From the NCBI GenBank assembly GCA_024280435.1, contig JAJRQD010000026.1, positions 11,257 through 75,256 on the forward strand: a DNA stretch of 64,000 bases, read 5' to 3'. The DNA is from an archaeon. GTDB taxonomy: Archaea; Asgardarchaeota; Heimdallarchaeia; Heimdallarchaeales; Kariarchaeaceae. The position numbers were made by a program, and so were the translations under genes. This document shows, in pieces, positions 10,340-20,883 of this stretch (position 1 is its first letter; each line of letters opens with the position of its first letter). The notes below the pieces were generated by a model. It had not been told where the DNA came from. It saw nothing but the letters and a program-made list of their open reading frames with translations, and ran no database searches.

Positions 10340-12288
10340 CAGAGCAGTTAATTGCATGTGATTGTGGTGGAGATTGTGCAGATATACCACAACTACATGA
10401 GAACGATAGTTTCATCAAAGTAATTGGACTACTAATAATCAAGAATAACAGATTCAAATATATTATCTACGCAACCATACTTGCATTTATTTCAATAATA
10501 CTCACATTAATACAATTCGATGAAATTGTGATAAACTTGCTCTGGATCAGCTCTGCAATTATGGGACTGGTAATACCCTTCAGAAGTGCTATAAAAAGTG
10601 CTAGGAAAAAGAACTTGACTATAAACACATTACTGGTTGTTGCCACTGTATCAGCAGTATTATTGCAGTTGTATGAGGAAGCTGTGCTGTTAGTGATTAT
10701 TTTTTCCATGGGTGAGATAATTGAGGGAGTACTTGTCAATATAACTGAGAGGGAGCTGGATATATTCAAAACACTAGTACCTGCAAACACAACTATCATC
10801 AATGATGAGGGCATGTCATTACCAATCAAGTCAGATAGTATTATTAAAGGTCAGAGAATACTGGTCAGAACGGGTGAGATAATACCAATTGATGGTGTTG
10901 TTGTAGATGGCTTGATAGAACTGCAGAACAGCCATATCACAGGAGAAGCTGAGATAGTTACAGTACAGAAGAACGATGCTGTTTTTGCAGGAGGTATTAT
11001 CATTTCAGGAAGTAGTACAATTATTGCCACAGCAGATGCAGGTGAGAACCAGGTGGATTTCATTGTAAAATCAGTGGAAGAGGCTTTGAAACAAAAATCC
11101 ACTGCTGAGAAATTCTCACAGAGATTTGCCAAGAGATATACACCCTTTACTTTTGTACTGGCATTGTTGGTAGCTATTGTCATGCCTTTACTCACAGATA
11201 TGAATTTCCAACTGTGGATAGTACGTGCACTGGTTATACTGGTGGTATCCTGTGCCTGTGGACTGGCTCTATCCGTACCAATAACAATGGTTGCAGCAAT
11301 ATCATCAGCTGCGAAAAGAGGAATACTGATCAGAGGTGGAGATGCCATCGAACAGTTATCAAAGATCAAGACAGTTGTATTTGACAAAACAGGTACTCTG
11401 ACCACAGGTGAACTGGAAGTTATTGATATCAAACTGTTCAATGGAGAGAATATAGATAGTGAGATATTTACACTTGTAAGCAGATCCAACCATCCAGTTT
11501 CCAGGAGTATAAAGCACTATCTTGAACAAAGAGGTGTGGTCAATGGAAAGGAAATCATCTCATTTGATGAGATTGCGGGAAGTGGTCTGATAGCAAAATT
11601 CAGCAACTTCAAATTATCATTGATCAAAGATAGTGAAAAACAGTATCAGAATGATATAATCTCGGTGTATGGCACGCCCAAAACATATTCTCTCCTGATA
11701 ATTGATGAAGTGATAAAGGGCTACATTGTACTCAATGATAAAATAAGAGAAAATGCGAGGGAAACTGTTGAAATACTGAAACAACAGGAGATCCATGTTG
11801 TGATGCTGAGTGGGGACAATTATGATGTATGCAAAGATGTGGCAGATCAGCTAGATATTGATTTCCATGCGGAGGTAAAACCACTTGAGAAAGTGGAGAA
11901 GATAAAGGAGATCCAGGAGAAATATGGATACACAGCGATGGTTGGTGATGGAATAAATGATGCAGCAGCTTTTGCAACATCAGATGTATCATTCGCAATG
12001 GGTCAGACAGGTACACAGATCGCATCTGAAGTAGCTGATGTGGTACTTATCAGAGACAATATTGAAGATATATCACACACAATTATCCATGGGAAGTATG
12101 CCTTTAGAATTGCCAAAATGAATGTACTGCTGGCATTATCAACAATATTTGTTCTGCTATCCCTTGCATTCATTGGAGTGCTTACTCTTGTTACGGGGAT
12201 ATTTGCCAATGAAGTGACTGCATTACTGATAATTACAAATGGATTAAGATTATTGAAATTCAGAGATAATTATTCAACCACTTTATAA
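10336..12288 (+). CDS. P1B-type heavy-metal translocating P-type ATPase
   Basis: 650 aa. DKTGTLT phosphorylation motif, TGEA actuator motif, MVGDGINDAAA hinge, N-terminal CDCGGDC. The TM6 metal motif reads SCACG (CAC rather than CPC). Confidence 0.85.
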   Translation: MTEQLIACDCGGDCADIPQLHENDSFIKVIGLLIIKNNRFKYIIYATILAFISIILTLIQFDEIVINLLWISSAIMGLVIPFRSAIKSARKKNLTINTLLVVATVSAVLLQLYEEAVLLVIIFSMGEIIEGVLVNITERELDIFKTLVPANTTIINDEGMSLPIKSDSIIKGQRILVRTGEIIPIDGVVVDGLIELQNSHITGEAEIVTVQKNDAVFAGGIIISGSSTIIATADAGENQVDFIVKSVEEALKQKSTAEKFSQRFAKRYTPFTFVLALLVAIVMPLLTDMNFQLWIVRALVILVVSCACGLALSVPITMVAAISSAAKRGILIRGGDAIEQLSKIKTVVFDKTGTLTTGELEVIDIKLFNGENIDSEIFTLVSRSNHPVSRSIKHYLEQRGVVNGKEIISFDEIAGSGLIAKFSNFKLSLIKDSEKQYQNDIISVYGTPKTYSLLIIDEVIKGYIVLNDKIRENARETVEILKQQEIHVVMLSGDNYDVCKDVADQLDIDFHAEVKPLEKVEKIKEIQEKYGYTAMVGDGINDAAAFATSDVSFAMGQTGTQIASEVADVVLIRDNIEDISHTIIHGKYAFRIAKMNVLLALSTIFVLLSLAFIGVLTLVTGIFANEVTALLIITNGLRLLKFRDNYSTTL

Positions 12289-12482
12289 CCGATTTTATTG
12301 ATTGCATTTACAACCTGAGTACGATTGTTTTCAAAATCACCTGAAATATTCATCACACCAGTACCTGCTTCGTGATCAATCTCCACATCTGATGTGAAAT
12401 CAAATTTAGATACTCTTGCAGTGATAGCTCTTGAACATGATCCACATGTCATTCCTTCAATCTTTAGATCTAGTTTAGTCAT
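12270..12482 (-). CDS. HMA-domain metallochaperone (CopZ-like)
   Basis: 70 aa with the GMTCGSC metal-binding motif; convergent to the ATPase. Confidence 0.8.
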   Translation of the reverse strand: MTKLDLKIEGMTCGSCSRAITARVSKFDFTSDVEIDHEAGTGVMNISGDFENNRTQVVNAINKIGYKVVE

Positions 12483-12683
12483 AAGCTATATGTCGCTTTT
12501 TGTTATATAAATAATATTTTATGTGAAAGAAAAAATAAACAATATTTATCTATTAAATCACGTATAGCTCATTAATTATCAAATAGAGCACACAATCAGT
12601 ACGAATATGAAAAAGGTATATATGATTGATAAAAAAAATAACTATTACTTGCTTACTAAAAAACAATATTTTTAACAAAAGAA

Positions 12684-13130
12684 TTGAAACTTACATTAAT
12701 GTCACAGCCTAAACTTACTTCCCTATTTAGAATTCAAACATTACTTATGTTACACCCCAAACATTCCAAATCAGGCTATGATCTTGCCAAAGAGCTTGAG
12801 CAATTAACAGGGAAAAAACCATCTTCGGGTAAAATATATCCATTTTTACATGAATTGAAAGATACGGGTTACATAATTGAGAAAGAAACAGGAGATTCTG
12901 GAGGAAGAAGTAAATTCGAATATTTTCTTACTGAGAAAGGTGTTGAATTGAAAGAAGAATTGGCTGAGAGAATGGCTAATCTCTTGCAGATAAGATTGGA
13001 TCAGAAACTTGATAAATGCCACCACTGTGGAGTTAAGCTATATGATTCAATTGTGGAGGGAAAAGATAAATCTGGAAGCCCTGTTGTATTCTGTTGTAAA
13101 CACTGTCAAGCAGCATATTTTGACAAATAA
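12684..13130 (+). CDS. PadR-like wHTH regulator with C-terminal TRASH metal-binding domain
   Basis: PadR-like GYDLAKELE...GKIYPFLHELKDTGYI, then C-x2-C-x21-C-x3-C (CHHCG...FCCKHC), the TRASH/YHS pattern. Confidence 0.7.
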   Translation: MKLTLMSQPKLTSLFRIQTLLMLHPKHSKSGYDLAKELEQLTGKKPSSGKIYPFLHELKDTGYIIEKETGDSGGRSKFEYFLTEKGVELKEELAERMANLLQIRLDQKLDKCHHCGVKLYDSIVEGKDKSGSPVVFCCKHCQAAYFDK

Positions 13131-13142
13131 AAACATAATTCA

Positions 13143-14144
13143 CTATTTATTTGACTTATATTTCCGATATACAGGGATTATTATCAGTAATAGACTGAAT
13201 ATTTGAAAATCAATATCACTATTGACTGAATTACTTGTATTATCAGGAATTGTGATATTATTATTGGTTGTGAGATAACTCAACACCACATCTGTAACTA
13301 TGGCGATACTTGTGGCCGAGATATTATCAATATCATCATTTGTTGTGTGCCACTCGGGATAGTCAAAATCGATTATATCAAGAGTATCTATACCTCTTCT
13401 TTTGAATGGAATATGATCATCAATCAGATTGTAACCCTGCTCATCAAGAAAAATATCAGCATAGCCAAGGTCAGCAGCCAATTTCCATACCTCTTCTGTC
13501 AGAGCTTCATCACCATTCTGTTCTATTTTAAGATTTAACTCATCATCTCCAACCATATCCAGTAGAATGAATGATACAGTGTTAGCAACCTCTGTAATGG
13601 ACATCTCATTGGCAAAGTATGTTGAGCCTATAATCCAGTCCCAACCCTCAATACCACTTGATCCCTGGTCCTCACCATCAAACAACAAGAAGCCGATTTT
13701 TGATTGTATCTCCACAGGTATTTTGTTGATCAATTCCAGAATTGCAGCCACTCCAGATGCCCCATCATTAGCACCAGGTACGGGTTCCTCTCTTTTCAGG
13801 AAATTAGGGTCATTATTTGCCACTGCACGACTATCATAGTGTGCAGCTATCAGATATGGTGGTAATTCATCTGTTGTGGATATGACATAGTTTCTCAGCT
13901 CAACTTCCTTGTAAGTAAAATTCTGTGTGTATATAAACCATGGCTCTGCAACTTTACTGTGAATCCAGGTATTGAATGCATCAGAACCAGCAGTACCGGG
14001 TATTCTTGGTCCAAGCTCCAGTTGTTCATCAACATATTTGAGAATATCATCCTCATTGATAATGGATGTATCTCTCAGCTCTGCTGCCTGTGTTCCATAT
14101 ATATTCAATAACAGAATTAATACAATAAAGAATACTTTTCTCAT
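13143..14144 (-). CDS. Secreted/anchored M28-family zinc peptidase (glutaminyl-cyclase-like fold)
   Basis: Signal peptide MRKVFFIVLILLLNIYGTQA; HYDS, GANDGASG and DHIPF metal-ligand motifs; C-terminal hydrophobic anchor. Confidence 0.7.
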   Translation of the reverse strand: MRKVFFIVLILLLNIYGTQAAELRDTSIINEDDILKYVDEQLELGPRIPGTAGSDAFNTWIHSKVAEPWFIYTQNFTYKEVELRNYVISTTDELPPYLIAAHYDSRAVANNDPNFLKREEPVPGANDGASGVAAILELINKIPVEIQSKIGFLLFDGEDQGSSGIEGWDWIIGSTYFANEMSITEVANTVSFILLDMVGDDELNLKIEQNGDEALTEEVWKLAADLGYADIFLDEQGYNLIDDHIPFKRRGIDTLDIIDFDYPEWHTTNDDIDNISATSIAIVTDVVLSYLTTNNNITIPDNTSNSVNSDIDFQIFSLLLIIIPVYRKYKSNK

Positions 14145-14215
14145 TTATTTCGTTTATACCATTATGGTAATAAAATTAGTTCTACAGGAATGACTTTTAC
14201 AACAATTAAATTGAG

Positions 14216-15037
14216 TTACGGTGTTGCGGGTCGATATCCACCCATATCTAGAGTTATATACCGATATCCAATTTTCATGAGCTCAGTATTTATGAATTCG
14301 AAAACATCCGGATCCAGTAATTTTGGCAAATCAGATGCACCCACCTCGATTCTGACCAGTTTATCATGATCACGCACCCTTAATTTCAATATATCAAAAT
14401 TATCCCTGATAATACTCTCTGCCAGTGCAATTCTATTTAATCGATCAACAGTGATAGGAATACCAGTAATAACCCTTGATGCCAAACATGCGGTTGCAGG
14501 TTTGATTGCAGTGAGCAAGCCCTCACTAGAGGCGATATGTCTAACCTCTGATTTTGTTATATCTGCGATGACAAGAGGATTGACAACACCATTCTCCTCG
14601 CCCGCAGCATATCCTGGTCTATGACCAGATAGATCAGATATATTCGTACCTGAAACAATCATATCATAATTATATCTCTCACGTATTTTCTCTATAAATC
14701 CAAATAACAGTGTCTTGCAGTGATAGCATCTATTCTCATCATTCATGCGATACTCATCACTGAGATCCACCTCATTGTACTTGATGAATTCAATAGGAAG
14801 ACCCAATTGCAAAGCTTGTTTTTTAGCCACATCCACTTCAAACTCAGGTACTGATGATCCTGTTTGCATTATCAACTTGGTATTCAATGCATATTTTTTA
14901 CTAAGTGCAGCTACAACAGAAGAATCAACACCGCCTGAATATGCCACCACTACCTGTTTATTCTGGAATAATGAGGCAATTCTTCTTACTTTCTCTTCAA
15001 GTACATCTGGATTGATTATTTCTAGATTGATTGACAC
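14216..15037 (-). CDS. PP-loop ATP pyrophosphatase, LarE-like (COG1606)
   Basis: SGGVDSS PP-loop; CYHCK; GTNISDL; ACLASR; RVRDHD..VRIEV; YRYITLDMGGYR. Collinear with the LarE family. Confidence 0.8.
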   Translation of the reverse strand: MSINLEIINPDVLEEKVRRIASLFQNKQVVVAYSGGVDSSVVAALSKKYALNTKLIMQTGSSVPEFEVDVAKKQALQLGLPIEFIKYNEVDLSDEYRMNDENRCYHCKTLLFGFIEKIRERYNYDMIVSGTNISDLSGHRPGYAAGEENGVVNPLVIADITKSEVRHIASSEGLLTAIKPATACLASRVITGIPITVDRLNRIALAESIIRDNFDILKLRVRDHDKLVRIEVGASDLPKLLDPDVFEFINTELMKIGYRYITLDMGGYRPATP

Positions 15038-15099
15038 TGAATTGAATATTGATTTTAGTTTTTTAAAGTTAATATTTGAGGTACTATATAGTTATACAA

Positions 15100-16206
15100 T
15101 TACCACTCTGCCCAACCTTTCTCATCAGATCTTTTTTTCTTTCTCTTATCTGGAGCCACGGGTGGTTTACTGAATGGTTTTTTCCTATTATCAGGGGAAG
15201 GAATGTTTGCCTTCTTAGATTCTGCCTTAAGACGATCTGATGGTTTTACCCATTTATCCTCCTGTGGGGTTGCTTTTATCGGAGGATCATTTTTTACAGG
15301 TGCAGAACGTGGTCCGGGAATATTTGCAGTGGTCGATTTTGGTATATTTTGTTTTTTCAGAAAATCAGATGGTTTTACCCAATCATCTCCTGTTTGATTA
15401 TCATCCCTAGTAGGTTCCTTCCATTCTTCAACCTGTTTGTTCTCAATAACCTTCTTTGCACTGGGTATTCCAGGGCTTACAGACCTCACCTTTTTATGGC
15501 TTGCTCGATCTATAACAGCAGCAGATTTTTTCTTTTCCTTTTTCTTGGGTTTTTTATCAATATTATCCAGTGCAGAAAATAAATCATCATCATCATCTTT
15601 ATCAGCAGACCTTCTTGCTCTTGTAGGAGTTGCTGGTGAGATCACAGTAGCACCAATCTCAGATTCAGCCACTTCCCATTTCTTATTATCCAGATCCTCA
15701 CCAATTGTAATTGGACTCCACGTTGTTTGTACCACCTCACTATCAAATGAAGAGTGCCAAAAACCTGCATCATAAGATAGTGTTGTTGTGTTTAATTTCA
15801 TTCTATCTGGAAAAGTACTCTGAACGATTGGTGCCTCCACTTGTGGTTCCATAACAGGCTCTATATTATCAGGTATGGTTGAATCAACAGTCACTGTGTC
15901 CTTTACATATGGTACAAACTCCTCCTTTTTCTCCTCCACCACAAGACCTGCTTCTTCCATATCCTGATCAAATTGTGATCTCCAATCCACATCTGTTTTA
16001 GAGGGTTTTACCCAATCTATTGACAATGCAAATGAATTCTCTGAAATAACTAATTCTGTATCTAATTGATCACCAACATCCAAAGATGCCGCATTTCCTT
16101 TGACTTCTATCTCCAATGATCTTGAGGATCTAAGACTCATTGAAAGTTCATCAAATAGATTTGCCAGCTCCTCTCGAGTAAGAGTGAATGAATTTTTAAT
16201 TCTCAT
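15100..16206 (-). CDS. Hypothetical protein with Lys/Pro-rich tail carrying (D)WVKPSD repeats
   Basis: 368 aa. N-terminal globular part, then a KKPKKKEKKK tract and four copies of a WVKPS(D/K) motif. Confidence 0.5.
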   Translation of the reverse strand: MRIKNSFTLTREELANLFDELSMSLRSSRSLEIEVKGNAASLDVGDQLDTELVISENSFALSIDWVKPSKTDVDWRSQFDQDMEEAGLVVEEKKEEFVPYVKDTVTVDSTIPDNIEPVMEPQVEAPIVQSTFPDRMKLNTTTLSYDAGFWHSSFDSEVVQTTWSPITIGEDLDNKKWEVAESEIGATVISPATPTRARRSADKDDDDDLFSALDNIDKKPKKKEKKKSAAVIDRASHKKVRSVSPGIPSAKKVIENKQVEEWKEPTRDDNQTGDDWVKPSDFLKKQNIPKSTTANIPGPRSAPVKNDPPIKATPQEDKWVKPSDRLKAESKKANIPSPDNRKKPFSKPPVAPDKRKKKRSDEKGWAEW

Positions 16207-16298
16207 CGCTTAATTCATTATATCTTTGTCTAATAGATTAAAATTTCCTGTTGAGTGTTATTAATTGTTAAATTTTTTCTATTTTATTATTTATTGAA

Positions 16299-17615
16299 TT
16301 ATTTACCAACTACTTTTTTGACCATATCTGCCAGTGGTGTACCCTCTACCTCTTCTGAGGCATATTTCACCCTAACAATTGGCTTGTTGACTTTGAGGAC
16401 CCTTGTGATATCAATTGGAGTAGCAGATAGTACAACATCACAATCTACGTTCTCAATTACCTCATTCATCTCTTGGATCTGCTCTGCAGAATAACCAAGT
16501 GCAGGCAATGCCATGTCCAGTTGGGTATACTTATCAAATGCGGCTTTGATAGTACCTACAAGAGCAGGCTTTGGATCAACCACCTCAAGGCCTAATCTCT
16601 CTGCTGCAACCATACCTGCACCAAATGCCATGGAACCATGTGTGATGGTTGGACCATCCTCAATAACAAGTACTTTTTTACCTTTGACTGCCTCTACATC
16701 CTCAACTGTCACAATTGAATTTGTCTTCAGGATTACTGCTTCTGGATTTACCTTTACTGCATTGTCATACACAGTCTTGATATTCTCTTCTGATGCGGAA
16801 TCTACCTTGTTAATTATTATCACACTTGCAGACCTGAAATTAGTCTCACCTGGATGATACATTAATTCATGACCGGGCCTATGTGGATCTGCCAAGGTGA
16901 TATGAAGATCAGGTTTGACAAATGGTGTATCATTGTTTCCTCCATCCCAGATGATAACATCTGCCTCTGTTTCAGCCTGTCTCAGGATCTTCTCATAATC
17001 AACCCCTGCATAGATTACAAAACCCTGATCAATATAGGGTTCATATTCCTCCCTTTCCTCAATTGTACACTCATGCTTATCAAGATCAGCATATTCTGCA
17101 AATCTCTGAGAAACTTGTTTTGATAGATCACCATAGGGCATTGGATGTCTCAATGCAACTACTTTCAGACCCTCTTTTTTCAGAATGTCTGTGACATATC
17201 TTGATGTCTGTGATTTACCAACTCCAGTACGGACAGCAGTGATAGAAATCACAGGTTTATCAGTTTTCAACATGGTTTTGTCCATTGAGTGCAATTTGAA
17301 ATCAGCACCATTAGCATTTGCCAGAGATGCAAGGTTCATAACTTCCTCATGTCTCACATCAGAATATGCGAATACACAGGTGTCAATCTTCTTCTCTCGG
17401 ATGATACTAACAAGATCTTTCTCATCTAGAATATCAATACCATTTGGATATAATTCACCAGATAATACAGGGGGATATTTACGCCCTGCAATACCCATAA
17501 TCTGTGTAGCCGTGAATGCTACAACTTCAACATCGGAATTCTGACGATAAATCATATTAAACACATGAAAATCTTTACCAGCAGCTCCTAGAATTAAAAC
17601 TCTTTCTTTTGCCAT
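16299..17615 (-). CDS. Cyclic 2,3-diphosphoglycerate synthetase-like P-loop protein (COG2403 family)
   Basis: 438 aa. N-terminus VLILGAAGKDFHVFN and Walker A VRTGVGKSQTS. The size and architecture resemble archaeal cDPG synthetase. Assigned from memory of the family, so moderate confidence only. Confidence 0.5.
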   Translation of the reverse strand: MAKERVLILGAAGKDFHVFNMIYRQNSDVEVVAFTATQIMGIAGRKYPPVLSGELYPNGIDILDEKDLVSIIREKKIDTCVFAYSDVRHEEVMNLASLANANGADFKLHSMDKTMLKTDKPVISITAVRTGVGKSQTSRYVTDILKKEGLKVVALRHPMPYGDLSKQVSQRFAEYADLDKHECTIEEREEYEPYIDQGFVIYAGVDYEKILRQAETEADVIIWDGGNNDTPFVKPDLHITLADPHRPGHELMYHPGETNFRSASVIIINKVDSASEENIKTVYDNAVKVNPEAVILKTNSIVTVEDVEAVKGKKVLVIEDGPTITHGSMAFGAGMVAAERLGLEVVDPKPALVGTIKAAFDKYTQLDMALPALGYSAEQIQEMNEVIENVDCDVVLSATPIDITRVLKVNKPIVRVKYASEEVEGTPLADMVKKVVGK

Positions 17616-17699
17616 AGTTATCTAATAAAATATTTATAACATCCGAATAAAAAATGATTGATATATCTAATAAATTTTTATCTCTTTATTGAAATAGAA

Positions 17700-19577
17700 T
17701 TATTTTTTCAGAGATAGAGCCATAATTTTCTCAACTCTTTTGGACATTTTATTGAAATCGGGTACATCTCCATCCGCCAATCTTGCATTATCAAGTATCT
17801 GATGTATAGTCAGATCGATAATCTCATCATCAGCATTTGCCTCAAATTTCTCATTAAGATCTTTGATTATCTCATGTTCGGGATTGAGTTGTAATACCTT
17901 GCCCATCATTGGTAGAGACATAGTGGAACCAGATTGAGTCTCCATTATCTTCATCGCCCTCTGAAGATCCGATGACATTCCACCTTTGGGTGTGACCAAA
18001 CGTGCAACAGCAGAGATCAGCCTATCAGATGTTTTTACATCTGCAATTGTACCTCCCAGAGTATCTGCAAAACGATCCATCAGTTTTCCAATAGGCCCTG
18101 TTCTCTCTTTCTTCTTAGGTTCCTCATCCTCTTCACCCTCTTTTGGCTCCTCTGGAGGATCTAATTCAACTGATTCATCCTGATCAATAAGGAAGAATTT
18201 TTTCTCATTGTAATCATGAAGATGCATCATTAAAAATGAGTCGATGGCTTCTCCTAGTAGGATAACCTCATAACCCTCTTTCTCATAATATTCAAGATGT
18301 GGGCTCTTTTTCAGTGCTTCAAGATCAAATCCGGACAGATAATATATCTCCTCCTGATCTGGTTTCATCCTCTCGACATACTGTGCAAGAGTTGTAGAAC
18401 CATCTTTTCCATCCTCATGTGTTGTGTGGAAACGAAGCAGTTCAACTAATCTATCCTTGAATTTATCATTGGATGCTATACCTTCTTTGATGAATGGACC
18501 AAACTCTCTGAAGAACTCAAGGTATTTCTCCCCATCATCCTTTGCCATATCCTCAAGTGTTGACAGGATCTTTTTGTGGAGATAATTCTTCATCTGTCTC
18601 TGCATTCTTGAACTCTGCACAACCTCACGGGATACATTTAGCTCAAAATCCTCTGCATCAACCACACCTATAACAAATCTAAGATACTCGGGTAATATAT
18701 CCTTGTTCTTATCATCAATCAGTATCTTTCGGTTGTAAAGTTTAATACCCCAATCACTATCCTGCTGATTGAACATTTTATTCTTTGTCGGGGGTATGTA
18801 CAGTAATCCATAGAATAGACTAGGTGATTCAACTCTTACGTGTATCTTAGTGGTGTAATCACCAAATTGACCGAGATGATTATAGAATTCTTTATACTGC
18901 TCATCAGTCACCTCACTGGGAGATACTCTCCAAAGTGCTGTTTGTTCATTTAATGTATCCTCACCCATTTTAATTGGAAACTCAATATAATTACTGTACT
19001 GACTTACAAGTGACTTTATTCGGTAGTCCTCAAGATATTCACTCTCATCCTCTTTGACATAGAGTATAATATCAGTACCTCGGGTATCCTTATCACACTC
19101 CTCAATTGAGAATGAATTCTGACCTGTTGAGCTCCATTTATGTGCCTTTTCACCAGGAATTGCAGATTTACTGATCACATCAACCTCATCTGCAACGAGA
19201 AATGTTGAGTAAAAGCCAACACCAAATTGACCAATAAGTGTCTCATCCCCACTCTCAATTGCTTTGATAAACTCCTCAGTACCGGACTGAGCAATTGTTC
19301 CCAGGTTCTTCACCATTTCATCCTTTGTCATACCAATACCATAGTCACGAATAGTGATTGTCTTGGCCTCTTTGTCAAGAATGATCTCAATCTCAAGTTC
19401 CCTCTCCTCATCAAAAATCTCCTCATTGGTAAGTTGTCTTATTCTTACCTTATTCAAGGCATCAGATGCGTTTGATAGGACCTCTCTCAGAAATACCTCT
19501 TTCTGTTGATAAAGGCTGTTGATTATGATATCTAATATCTTTGTTGTATCTGTCTTAAATTCATATTCTGAACTCAT
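17700..19577 (-). CDS. htpG: Hsp90-family chaperone HtpG
   Basis: 625 aa. GHKL ATPase N-terminus (FLRELISNASDALDK-like: FLREVLSNASDALNK), IGQFGVGFYS motif, and full middle and C-terminal domains. Confidence 0.9.
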   Translation of the reverse strand: MSSEYEFKTDTTKILDIIINSLYQQKEVFLREVLSNASDALNKVRIRQLTNEEIFDEERELEIEIILDKEAKTITIRDYGIGMTKDEMVKNLGTIAQSGTEEFIKAIESGDETLIGQFGVGFYSTFLVADEVDVISKSAIPGEKAHKWSSTGQNSFSIEECDKDTRGTDIILYVKEDESEYLEDYRIKSLVSQYSNYIEFPIKMGEDTLNEQTALWRVSPSEVTDEQYKEFYNHLGQFGDYTTKIHVRVESPSLFYGLLYIPPTKNKMFNQQDSDWGIKLYNRKILIDDKNKDILPEYLRFVIGVVDAEDFELNVSREVVQSSRMQRQMKNYLHKKILSTLEDMAKDDGEKYLEFFREFGPFIKEGIASNDKFKDRLVELLRFHTTHEDGKDGSTTLAQYVERMKPDQEEIYYLSGFDLEALKKSPHLEYYEKEGYEVILLGEAIDSFLMMHLHDYNEKKFFLIDQDESVELDPPEEPKEGEEDEEPKKKERTGPIGKLMDRFADTLGGTIADVKTSDRLISAVARLVTPKGGMSSDLQRAMKIMETQSGSTMSLPMMGKVLQLNPEHEIIKDLNEKFEANADDEIIDLTIHQILDNARLADGDVPDFNKMSKRVEKIMALSLKK

Positions 19578-19755
19578 TTGTACACCTCAATTACGATATT
19601 ATTTTTAACACAGTATATATTTTAAACTTTTAAGATAGGTATCATCTACCTTTGAATTTAAATTTTAAAAACATTATTTGTTTATCTACAAACTGCAGAA
19701 ATAAATTATCCACACAGATAATAATCTTTAACTTCATGCAAATTCTGAAAAATTT

Positions 19756-20139
19756 ATGAAAAATTATGACATTATAGAAGTTAAAACTTTTGACAAAAAT
19801 AATATGGGAAACACTAAATTTAATGATTTGATGAGAAATGAACACTTTGAATTTCATCCAAATGATCCATATTCAGAAAATAAACTGAACGATAAACAAA
19901 AAGAAGATTTCAAGAGTATTGTTCAACCACTTATCAGCAAATCATGGTTTATTAAGAAAAATGATGAAATTATAGGTTATGCAATGCTATTCAGCAACAA
20001 TTCTGAATTTCCTCAGAATGTATTTGATGAGGATATGGGATTGTTTAAATTGTACATTTTGAAAAAATACAGATGTAAAAAAGCTGGAACTATCTTATAT
20101 GCAAAAATTATTTCTGAAGGTAAAAATATCAATCTTTAA
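19756..20139 (+). CDS. GNAT-like acetyltransferase (small)
   Basis: 127 aa; GYAMLF...LYILKKYRCKKAGTILYAKI resembles the GNAT motif A region. Confidence 0.45.
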   Translation: MKNYDIIEVKTFDKNNMGNTKFNDLMRNEHFEFHPNDPYSENKLNDKQKEDFKSIVQPLISKSWFIKKNDEIIGYAMLFSNNSEFPQNVFDEDMGLFKLYILKKYRCKKAGTILYAKIISEGKNINL

Positions 20140-20202
20140 AAAATATATTGTAATACATATCTAGAAGGAGGTCAAAAATTTCTATCAAATATTAATGGTA
20201 GA

Positions 20203-20772
20203 TTGATTTCTCAAACCTCAGAAAGCCGATTATATCTGGATAATTTAAATCAGGAATTAATTGCAAAATGGAATAAAATACAAATTCCTCCAGAATACTC
20301 GCTTGTTATTGTAGAAGTAATTGAGGAGGAGTTTTTGAATGAATTATGTGAATTTTATGATTTTCTGAATAACAATACCACCATTGAAAATAATAATGAG
20401 ATCCCAACAAACTATTTACCTGAGAATCGAAGATTTGATGAGAACCTATATAAACAGCTTGGAAGTACCTGGTTAACACTTGTATTAAAGAACAATAATA
20501 ATCGAATAATAGGACTCACAGAGATGATCTTCGATCCTAAAGAACCACACAGGATTCGTCAAAATCTTACAGGTATAGATCCAAAATACAGAGGGAATGG
20601 ATACGGTAGATTAATTAAGGTAAAATTAATCGGGTTAGTAAAAGAAAAATATGCAGATCTAAAATATATATACACAGGTAATAATATCACCAATCAATCA
20701 ATTTTGAATATAAACAATAAACTCGGATATAAAACTGAAAATATAGTATACAATTACATAATTGACCTGTAA
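20203..20772 (+). CDS. GNAT-family N-acetyltransferase
   Basis: 189 aa; the IDPKYRGNGYGRLIK motif A region is typical of GNAT enzymes. Confidence 0.6.
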   Translation: MISQTSESRLYLDNLNQELIAKWNKIQIPPEYSLVIVEVIEEEFLNELCEFYDFLNNNTTIENNNEIPTNYLPENRRFDENLYKQLGSTWLTLVLKNNNNRIIGLTEMIFDPKEPHRIRQNLTGIDPKYRGNGYGRLIKVKLIGLVKEKYADLKYIYTGNNITNQSILNINNKLGYKTENIVYNYIIDL

Positions 20773-20883
20773 CCAAGTGTACAATATTTTAAAAAGAAAT
20801 CTCTTTTTATCTACAAATTAACATTATTTTTACTGTTAAGAAAAGAAATCCTTTTTTTTAATTGTGAGTATTATCAATTCTGA

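Noticed and set aside
10467-12209. Minus-strand ORFs (120, 212, 97 and 68 aa) inside the P-type ATPase gene
   Set aside because: They lie in antisense frames of a gene with complete P1B-ATPase motifs. Their translations are low-complexity and Ser/Thr/Ile-rich.
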